In this document: in pieces, positions 17,933 through 25,098 of the stretch
How positions within the stretch are numbered: position 1 is the stretch's first letter
Layout of the letters: every line of letters starts with the position of its first letter
Assembly: GCA_050293845.1 (NCBI GenBank)
Contig: JBNKNM010000068.1
Location: 1 to 25,098 of the forward strand
DNA from: Pseudobacteriovorax sp.
Lineage (GTDB): Bacteria > Bdellovibrionota_B > Oligoflexia > Oligoflexales > Oligoflexaceae
Direction of reading: 5' to 3'
Length of the DNA: 25,098 nt
Translations under genes and position numbers: made by a program
The notes under the pieces: model-generated
Told to the model about the DNA's origin: nothing
The model's input: only the letters and a program-made list of their open reading frames with translations
Databases searched by the model: none

Positions 17933-18475
17933 TTAACCTTGGATGATATTATACAAGTCGGTGTCGTTGATATATCGGCCTTTATAGAGTTCGAAGTCAT
18001 GTTCACCCCATTGCTCAACTGTCAAAATATCTTCGCCGGAACGATCTTCATAATCCCAGTAAATTAACTCCTCCTTATCAATGCTGTTCTCGGTGGGGTA
18101 AAAGTGTGAAGCTCCTGAGTGGTCACCGTAGAAATTGATACCATCGACACAAAGGTGCTCAGGGGCATCATCCTTGGCAAAGAGGTCCCAGGTTTGTTCG
18201 CTGAGCTGACGATTGGGGATTTTTTCTGTGATATACCAGTACTCGCGGCCATCATCTTTCTCATAACCTAAGTATAGATGCTTGCCATTATTTTCACCTA
18301 CAAGATGCCATTCAAAGGATCTGTTGGAGTCTTCTTCATAAACACTTTTTTTCTCCACACGGTATGTCTCTAAGTCATAATCTACATAACCACCCGCCTT
18401 TAAACCCATAATCCCAAGCTCTACCTTTGGGGGATCCTGTTCCTTTTTTCCTTTGAATATGTCGAAAAAGCTCAT
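17933..18475 (-). CDS. DUF4178-like acidic beta-rich protein (180 aa); start corrected to ATG 18475
   Basis: LKAGGYVDYDLETY.V..EW.L....YL.YE.DD..YWDYED..G...L.VEQWG..DFE...G; GAGGT SD before ATG 18475; first gene of the DUF350/speE/pspA operon. Confidence 0.75.
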   Translation of the reverse strand: MSFFDIFKGKKEQDPPKVELGIMGLKAGGYVDYDLETYRVEKKSVYEEDSNRSFEWHLVGENNGKHLYLGYEKDDGREYWYITEKIPNRQLSEQTWDLFAKDDAPEHLCVDGINFYGDHSGASHFYPTENSIDKEELIYWDYEDRSGEDILTVEQWGEHDFELYKGRYINDTDLYNIIQG

Positions 18476-18878
18476 TTCTACCTCACGGGGAATCCACTCA
18501 ACCTTTACCGTTGCTATACTATATTGCAATCTTTCTGTCTGAAAAAGAACTACTTAGCTATGTGCATCAAAAATACATAGCATTGCCTTGGTTTATCAAC
18601 TTCATAAGAAACGCCACAAAGTTTTATTCTTCTGCTCAGCATGTTCTTATAAGTCTAAGACGAGCCGTTCACCCCATTTTTCTTAGCTATGCATAAGATG
18701 ATACCAAGACTTGCAGATAGATGTTTTCCAACCCACTATAATCATTAGCTAGATTAATAGTTTTTAGTATTTTCTTTAAATTTCAATCCGTAAAGCAATT
18801 GTATTTTATAGGCCTCTCATCGATTCAATCATACAGTTCAAGAGAAATTCGTCGATAACGAAGCTAAAAAGGTAACTC

Positions 18879-19811
18879 ATGTCAGACTCGGTAAAGCTTG
18901 ATCCTCCGGTCAAACAATCTTTACATATGCTGAGACAGTGTCTTTATGAATTTTTCCAGGATAAAGAGATTCTGTCTGATGCGATCATTTCTTGCTTAAT
19001 TTCTAGTGGTCACCTCCTCCTTGAGGATGTTCCGGGAGTGGGTAAGACCACCTTTATTAAGGCCTTAGCAAAGCTCTTGGGCCTTAAAATGAAACGAATT
19101 CAGTTTACCTCGGATCTATTACCTTCAGATATCCTTGGTATCCAAATCTATGATCTGGATTCCAAGACCTTTGCGTTTCATGAAGGACCTGTGTTCGCCA
19201 ATGTGGTATTGGCTGATGAATTAAATCGTGCATCTCCTAAAACGCAATCAGCCCTACTTGAAGCTATGGGAGAGCGATCGGTGACTGTAGATCGAAAAAC
19301 CTGGATCCTGCCTCAGCCATTCATTGTAGTAGCGGCTCAAAATCCTAGCGATCATATGGGAACCTTTCCTATTCCTGAGTCCCAATTGGATAGATTTTCG
19401 ATAAAGGTTAAGCTTGATTATCCTGGGAGGGACCAGGAGTTAGAGATATTTTCTAAATCCTCCCTGGACCCACTGCAAAATGTACCTGAAGGCATTATTA
19501 TGCGGGATGAATTGATAGCACTGCAAGATGCAGTCGATAGAATTCATGTTAGTAAAAGCGTTGCTACATGTGTGAAAGAGGTTGTCGACGCGAGTCGCAT
19601 CCACCCTCACGTGCAATTGGGAATCTCCACAAGGGGGGGAGTGCAATGGGTGCGATTAGCGAAAGCGCGTGCCATCATTGAAGGAAGAGACTATATCACC
19701 CCTGATGACCTGAATAGAATCGCTGCGTTTTGCTTACCTCATAGGATGATTTTCACCGGAGGGTACAACGGTGATGTCGTAGAAGAATTGTTAAAAAATA
19801 TGGTGATATAG
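18879..19811 (+). CDS. moxR: MoxR-family AAA+ ATPase
   Basis: GHLLLEDVPGVGKT (Walker A), RIQFTSDLLPSDILG, LADELNRASPKTQSALLEAM, QNP...GTFPIPESQLDRF, GISTRG. Confidence 0.96.
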   Translation: MSDSVKLDPPVKQSLHMLRQCLYEFFQDKEILSDAIISCLISSGHLLLEDVPGVGKTTFIKALAKLLGLKMKRIQFTSDLLPSDILGIQIYDLDSKTFAFHEGPVFANVVLADELNRASPKTQSALLEAMGERSVTVDRKTWILPQPFIVVAAQNPSDHMGTFPIPESQLDRFSIKVKLDYPGRDQELEIFSKSSLDPLQNVPEGIIMRDELIALQDAVDRIHVSKSVATCVKEVVDASRIHPHVQLGISTRGGVQWVRLAKARAIIEGRDYITPDDLNRIAAFCLPHRMIFTGGYNGDVVEELLKNMVI

Positions 19812-20840
19812 GTGTATTATAAGTCAGTCAACCGCGGGCTTAACTTAACGGTATTGGGGCGTTATCTCGTAGGCCTCACTCTGGGTATTGGAGCATTAGC
19901 TGTCATTACTGGTATCAACGGGATGTTTATTTTTTTGGGACTCACTTTAGGGATGCTTGGCATATCTGGTGTTATTAGTGAGAAAAATCTAAAGAACTGT
20001 GAAACCTCAGTCTCTCAAATTCCTCAATTTTTAGAGGCAGGTCAGCCTGGTAACATATCTCTTTCCATTGTTAATAAAGATACGAATGCTGATATTTTTG
20101 CTATTGAAACCGAAATTGCTCTCGTCGAGCCTACTGTCCGTTTTTTTCGTTTTAAATCGCAAGTTGTGGGAAAGAATTTTTCCGTGCACTTGGCTGCAAG
20201 GTATTCAAGCTTCTATAAAATTAGATGCTCAGATCTGCGAAGGGGGCAATATAAGCAAATTTTTGCCATTCAAAAAACCACCTTCCCTTTCGGAATCTTC
20301 CTTAAATACAAAGTTGATAAAGTTCCAGCAAAAATTTGTGTTTTGCCACGACATCTTAAAAATATGGAAGAAACATGGAAAAATATTATTGATCTAGCCC
20401 GTATCAAGGAGTTAGGAGCAGAAGATTTTATCGGACATGAAGCTTTTCATCCTTCAACACCTCTTAAATTTTTAGATTGGAAAAAGAATGCAGGTTTGGC
20501 TCCAAATTTATGGGTCGCTAAAAAATTCAATCAATCCAACAACCACAACACCGTTAATATTATCGTACAAGAACTATATTTAAAAAAAATCACTACAAGC
20601 TCTTTTGAAAAACTCCTTAGTAACATCAGAACGGGAGTGAATTGTCTTGGAAATGATGGATTCATCTTACAACTTGTATGGCAAAATCTGAAGGTGATAA
20701 AAGGGGAAGGTGCTATTCTAGAATTTTTAGCAACGATACAATTAGATTCATCCTTCAATCCTGAAGTACTTGATTACGATAAGTCAACACTACAATTGAT
20801 TGTCACAGAAGACGATGTAAAGGTGGCTGAAAGTGGTTAA
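19812..20840 (+). CDS. DUF58-family protein (divergent)
   Basis: Two N-terminal TMs, RRGQY...TTFPFGIF..V.VLP, degenerate EDFIGHEAFHPSTPLKFLDWKKNA; GTG directly after the moxR stop; standard moxR-DUF58-transglutaminase order. Confidence 0.75.
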   Translation: MYYKSVNRGLNLTVLGRYLVGLTLGIGALAVITGINGMFIFLGLTLGMLGISGVISEKNLKNCETSVSQIPQFLEAGQPGNISLSIVNKDTNADIFAIETEIALVEPTVRFFRFKSQVVGKNFSVHLAARYSSFYKIRCSDLRRGQYKQIFAIQKTTFPFGIFLKYKVDKVPAKICVLPRHLKNMEETWKNIIDLARIKELGAEDFIGHEAFHPSTPLKFLDWKKNAGLAPNLWVAKKFNQSNNHNTVNIIVQELYLKKITTSSFEKLLSNIRTGVNCLGNDGFILQLVWQNLKVIKGEGAILEFLATIQLDSSFNPEVLDYDKSTLQLIVTEDDVKVAESG

Positions 20841-22917
20841 GGGAGTTAGCGTTAATAGGTATTTTACTCTAAGTACATGGTTAGTGGCTATGGCGGCGTT
20901 TGCTTTAGCTATCGTATCCGATGTGTTTAGCCTTCAAGCGCTTACCGGAATTCCTGTTACCTTAGCTATTGGTATCTATTTTAGGAAGATTAGGAATACC
21001 ATAGGAACTAACTTCATCATACCTACTTTGTGTTGGTTACAAATTTCTTGGGCTGTTTTTGAGATGTCCCTTAGTAAAGACGTTGTCTATTTAGGTGATG
21101 GGATCGCTCTGCTCATGGTACTTAACCTTTTGAATTTAAGAGCTTCTGGACGATATTGGATTGTTATGGTGGGGTCACTACTTCTTTGTTTTAGTGGTCT
21201 AGTACTGGAGCCGGGAGTTGTGGGCTACATACTGTTTTTAGTCTTTTTGGCACTAGCTACCTTATCACTCAATAGTGCAAATTTGTTTCTTAATATCGAT
21301 AAAGTTAAAGATCTTAAGTTAACACTTGACCGCAACTATTTCTGGAACCTTTTAAAATCAACTCCTTTGGGGGTGCTACTTGCCATTTCAGTTTTTGTGA
21401 TGTTTCCTAGAATTAATAAGCTAGCATTGGAAATGCCTTTTAAAGTAAAACAGCGCTTCAAGACAGGGTATAACGGAGCCATTGACCTCAGCGGGCAGGG
21501 AAATATCGCAGAAAATGACACTGTGGTCATGCATATTTCAGCTTCTGATTTAGATTGGCTGGAGGCTAATGCACGGCATCTCTATTTAAGAGGATCTACG
21601 CTAGATACATTTACAGGCTCTCATTGGTCCAAGAACTATTCAGATCCTGAAGCCTACCAGGTATTTCAGCCTATCCATGTTAATATAAAAACGAACTTAC
21701 AGAGGGGAAAAGATCTTGAATTGACCACGACTCCAATGCATAGTAAGGCGATATTTATTCCCGAAGGCGGCTTTTTACTGAAAGAGATGTCAAAGTCAGT
21801 GGAGCTTATGTTTCTTGATCGAATCGATGGCAGTCTCTCTCGGGTATCTGATAGTCCTAAACGCTATCGTTACATAGTACGTCAATTTCCAAAGCTACCT
21901 ATGGGTGATGTGACGTTGGCAAGTTTAAGAAAACTGCTCACTGAAGAGCATGCCGTTGGAAAAAGGCCCTATAACCTTCCGAAGAACTATCTACCCTTTA
22001 TGGCATTGCCGGATCAAATGGCTAATGCAGAGTATTGGCAAGCATTTACAAAAAATTTTGATGTCGATGAAAGAACTACGGTAGATAAAATTCTTGAAGA
22101 CCTACAAAGCTACTTTCGAACGAATTACCAAGCGACACTTATCAATAGCTTTACTGGAAAATCGACTTTTCAAAGATTTCTAACCTCAGATCACTATGGG
22201 CACTGTGAGCTCTTCGCAACAGCAAGTGTTATGTTATTGAGGCACTTTGGAATACCCAGTCGAGTTGTCACTGGCTATCGGGGCGGAGAATTTAATCCTA
22301 TCGCAGATGCTGTTGTGGTAAAGGAGTTGCATGCTCATGCATGGGCTGAGTATTTTATACCAGGAAGTGGATGGCATTTATTTGATGGAACTCCAGCCAT
22401 TGTTGGGCAGTATAATCGTGAGCAATCGTCAGGTGTATTCCAGTATCTTCATGCAGCTAACTATTATCTGGATCGTTATCTTGTAGATTATGATTTGGGG
22501 GTACAGCGAGAGATTGTAGAAAATATTAAAAAAAATATGTCAATGCGAAGCAAGTCTCCAGAGCTGTCCTTTAAATACCTAATCATTCTGGTCATAATAG
22601 GCGGTATTATCTTTGCCATTTATGGGAGTCGCAAAAAGCTAATAAGGCAGAAACAAGAAGTCTTTCGCCCCGACTTTTATAAAGCTTTTTTGAAGCTTGT
22701 TTTTCAGCAACATAATGATTTAGTAAAACGACCATATGAGACATTTACACAGTTTCATACTAGACTAGTCGCAAACTCATCTATTGATCCGGATCTGATA
22801 CGTGATGTTGATCAAGCCTTGCACGAAACTCTTTACGCTGAAAGGCAGTTAGATCCGAAAAAAATCGACGATATTAGAGCGCGTATTTCTGAAGCTTACT
22901 ATACTAAGGTTAATTGA
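20833..22917 (+). CDS. TgpA-like membrane transglutaminase-domain protein (DUF3488 + transglutaminase core + C-terminal DUF4129-like region)
   Basis: About 6 N-terminal TMs ending FVMFPR; TG; YLRG..LD.F.G..W; triad GHCELFA (Cys), HAWAE (His), FDGTP (Asp); GIPSRVVTGYRGGE.N; late TM and RPYET. Confidence 0.9.
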   Translation: MVKGVSVNRYFTLSTWLVAMAAFALAIVSDVFSLQALTGIPVTLAIGIYFRKIRNTIGTNFIIPTLCWLQISWAVFEMSLSKDVVYLGDGIALLMVLNLLNLRASGRYWIVMVGSLLLCFSGLVLEPGVVGYILFLVFLALATLSLNSANLFLNIDKVKDLKLTLDRNYFWNLLKSTPLGVLLAISVFVMFPRINKLALEMPFKVKQRFKTGYNGAIDLSGQGNIAENDTVVMHISASDLDWLEANARHLYLRGSTLDTFTGSHWSKNYSDPEAYQVFQPIHVNIKTNLQRGKDLELTTTPMHSKAIFIPEGGFLLKEMSKSVELMFLDRIDGSLSRVSDSPKRYRYIVRQFPKLPMGDVTLASLRKLLTEEHAVGKRPYNLPKNYLPFMALPDQMANAEYWQAFTKNFDVDERTTVDKILEDLQSYFRTNYQATLINSFTGKSTFQRFLTSDHYGHCELFATASVMLLRHFGIPSRVVTGYRGGEFNPIADAVVVKELHAHAWAEYFIPGSGWHLFDGTPAIVGQYNREQSSGVFQYLHAANYYLDRYLVDYDLGVQREIVENIKKNMSMRSKSPELSFKYLIILVIIGGIIFAIYGSRKKLIRQKQEVFRPDFYKAFLKLVFQQHNDLVKRPYETFTQFHTRLVANSSIDPDLIRDVDQALHETLYAERQLDPKKIDDIRARISEAYYTKVN

Positions 22918-22921
22918 ATCG

Positions 22922-23292
22922 CATTGAGCCAGGAGCCAGATCACCTTGTCCTTCTAGAAACTTTCCTCTCGCACACAATGCTCGCTAGTCAATTATAGCA
23001 AAATCCTACCATATGTCATTTCGATTATTGCTGCTTAGGCATGTAAATTTAGCTGAGTCAAAAGTCAAAGTTCGGAACGTTTTCCACCTCAAGGAAGTCA
23101 ACCCCCCTTTAGCTTACTTGCGCGCGTCCCATGGAGAAGCTAGCATGTTAAATTTCCGAGAGAGTTAAAGGTTATGCTACAAATCGGTCTCTTTCGCCAC
23201 GAGATATCAATATTCCGTCATCCTTTGCCGCAGAAAGGTACATATCTTTGCTAGTATAGATGGCAACCGATCTGGCTCCCCATGGTTTCATG
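22922..23292 (+). other. ~370-nt non-coding element bounded by inverted repeats (candidate structured ncRNA or MITE)
   Basis: Perfect IR GGAGCCAGATC (22932-42)/GATCTGGCTCC (23269-79), flanked by CCA on both sides; nested stems TAGCAAA/TTTGCTA and ATATGT/ACATAT; internal hairpins. Confidence 0.5.
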
Positions 23293-23392
23293 GCAAATTT
23301 GGATAATCGGGGATAAGATACTATAGGCCAAGGGTCGTTCGTATAAGTGCTCGAATCAGGCCTGTTAAGATAAGCAGAATAGAAGGTGTGTG

Positions 23393-23704
23393 ATGAAAGA
23401 CAAATATGTTATTGTGGTGGGCGATAACCCTGAGTTGTCGCTGAAAAAGTACTCGGATCAACTGAAGGACTGGAAGGAAAGCAGTTGGCTCTACAACGGC
23501 ATTACTTTGCAGAGCGATTATTCCCGAGAAGAGCTAATCTCGAATGTCTTAGCGGATAAAAATTTACTACCAACGGTGATTTTAGATAACGACCAATGGA
23601 TGAGTCGTGATAAATTTGGCGAGGCTAACTGGGAAAACGTTATTAGACAGTGTTTAAGCTTCACTAACAAAGATGCGAAAATTACAGTCTATACCTACCA
23701 TTAG
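23393..23704 (+). CDS. Small hypothetical protein (103 aa from ATG 23393; GTG 23390 alternative)
   Basis: Stand-alone ORF with AAGGTG SD-like sequence, globular-looking composition and no competing ORF. Confidence 0.7.
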   Translation: MKDKYVIVVGDNPELSLKKYSDQLKDWKESSWLYNGITLQSDYSREELISNVLADKNLLPTVILDNDQWMSRDKFGEANWENVIRQCLSFTNKDAKITVYTYH

Positions 23705-23779
23705 TGAGATACTATTGAACTGGAGTGCCAACAACTCAAGCACTTAGGTTATAGCAAAATCCTGCATTTGTTATCTTAG

Positions 23780-24826
23780 TTAGGGTAGGAGTAAATCATC
23801 TCGTAGAAGGTTTGCTATGAAGATGCAGTCCCACCCTGCACTTTCCAGCCATGCTTCCTCTTCTGTACTTCTCTCCCAAGCCCACTGAAATTTCCTCGTA
23901 GGTGACGCGACGGGACAAAGGTCTAATATGAGCTCCATTAATTCTTGATGGGGGCCATCTTTTAGCAGCTGAAAAAATGGATTCAGAGGGTCTTTTTTAA
24001 CTATCGCATCAATGAATTCAGGAACGAATAATAGGTTTTGATTCATTATTAGAAACAGAAATGCTTGTACGCCTTTTAAATGCAAGGCGAAACCGGGCTT
24101 AGCTTGGCTTACTTCATTTATATAGTAGTTCTCGCCAGTATCGAGCCAAGCACTCATTTCTTCATGAGGCTCAAGCCCCAAATATTCCCAAACCCGATAC
24201 ATGGTAGCCCATATTCCTGGCGTGATGGTGCATCGGTTATCAGTATCATCAGAGCAAAACTTATACCCATAAACAACGCATACAGAACCTATTTCGACGA
24301 TACACTGTCGTTGATCTCCGATCCAATGCAACCATTTTTGGGCGGCTATAATATCTTTTGTTGTTGCCAAATAAAGTAAGACGCCAAGACTCATATCACG
24401 CGAAAAGGAATTTTCGTCCTGTTGGTCTATACGGCGTGGAGATCGCCAAAAACGACCCTCATCATCTTGGGATAGGCGTACACCTTCACAGCCCAGTTCT
24501 TCCCCCGAGGCACAAAGTAGCCCATTAAACAGGGTACTATCGCCGTCATCACAGTTCTCTTTAGAGGGGTAGCCGTCACACAAGGGAGCCCATTCTAACC
24601 AAACGGAATATCTGAGGAGTAGCTCCTCTAACACAGGATCTAAAGGTTCCGGGTTCGCCACGGGTTCTAAGGGACTTTTGACATCGCCGGGTTCTTCATC
24701 ATATGTCTGATTTTGTCCCTTACTTTCCGTTTCTAAGTTGGAACTTGAAACTGCTGGGGTCGCTTCTTGTGGGGGGGAACCACAGCTAAGTATCCCTACA
24801 TAAAATATTAAAATCCATGCCTTCAT
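23780..24826 (-). CDS. Hypothetical Cys-rich acidic lipoprotein (348 aa); start corrected to ATG 24826
   Basis: Strong SD GAGAGGAGG before ATG 24826; MKAWILIFYVGILS-C(15)G lipobox; Pro/Ser/Glu linker, then a Trp-rich globular domain with 10 further Cys. Confidence 0.8.
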   Translation of the reverse strand: MKAWILIFYVGILSCGSPPQEATPAVSSSNLETESKGQNQTYDEEPGDVKSPLEPVANPEPLDPVLEELLLRYSVWLEWAPLCDGYPSKENCDDGDSTLFNGLLCASGEELGCEGVRLSQDDEGRFWRSPRRIDQQDENSFSRDMSLGVLLYLATTKDIIAAQKWLHWIGDQRQCIVEIGSVCVVYGYKFCSDDTDNRCTITPGIWATMYRVWEYLGLEPHEEMSAWLDTGENYYINEVSQAKPGFALHLKGVQAFLFLIMNQNLLFVPEFIDAIVKKDPLNPFFQLLKDGPHQELMELILDLCPVASPTRKFQWAWERSTEEEAWLESAGWDCIFIANLLRDDLLLP

Positions 24827-25098
24827 GATGCCTCCTCTCAACGGGTTATCGCCGTGATGCACCGGGACCTTTAACGTACGGCAGTGAGGTCAAATTTCTT
24901 TATATTGGATTGATTTTATTGATATATTTTGGCTCAAAAATCTTTCTCAGCGATCATTACAAACCTTTTTTACCGAAAGACTGGTGCAAAGCTCCAATTG
25001 ACGCTCTTGTCTGGCAGAGAGGAAAAAGATAGCTCTATTAAAGAGAAGAATAAACTGTGAGCGAGTATGTATAAACTAAGACCCTACCAGAAAAAAGC

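Noticed and set aside
18524..18541. Sigma54 promoter for the pspA-containing operon (minus strand AGACAGAAAGATTGCA)
   Set aside because: TTGC at -12 is present, but the invariant GG at -24 is GA.
22922..23292. tmRNA, RNase P RNA or retron msr-msd as the identity of the IR-bounded element
   Set aside because: No T-loop or CCA tRNA-like end; GAGGAAAGT occurs on the minus strand but near the wrong end and without the RNase P 3' consensus; no reverse transcriptase in the window.
1..25098. CRISPR array, tRNA/rRNA, transposase, integrase or recognised anti-phage genes
   Set aside because: No regularly spaced repeats or diagnostic motifs were seen, and all long ORFs are otherwise explained or lack such motifs.

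Overview
Chromosomal bacterial DNA of moderately low GC, about 40% by eye. The gene content and many secreted proteins and lipoproteins would fit a Bdellovibrionota/Oligoflexia-like or deltaproteobacterial host, but that is inference only. No rRNA, tRNA, CRISPR array, integrase or transposase was seen. Gene order: histidine-kinase C-terminus, lipoprotein, ddl and TorF-like porin (+); yqiJ-yqiK NfeD/flotillin pair, fructosamine kinase and cmoA-cmoB (-); FolB with a long C-terminal extension (+); trans-sulfuration PLP enzyme (-); secreted M36-type metalloprotease (+); a tight six-gene envelope operon of DUF4178-like protein, lipoprotein with an Arg/Ser/Gly tail, tandem DUF350, membrane-bound polyamine aminopropyltransferase, YbjN/CesT-like protein and PspA/IM30 (-); MoxR, DUF58 and TgpA-like transglutaminase (+); a small orphan ORF (+); and a Cys-rich lipoprotein (-). 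The strongest candidates for something new are (i) the PspA-polyamine transferase-tailed lipoprotein module and its possibly separated flotillin partners, (ii) a ~370-nt non-coding element at 22922-23292 closed by a long inverted repeat with nested stems, either a structured RNA or a MITE, upstream of a possibly phage-like small ORF, and (iii) a ~130-nt multi-stem element right after the protease stop codon. All family assignments come from motif recognition, not database searches.
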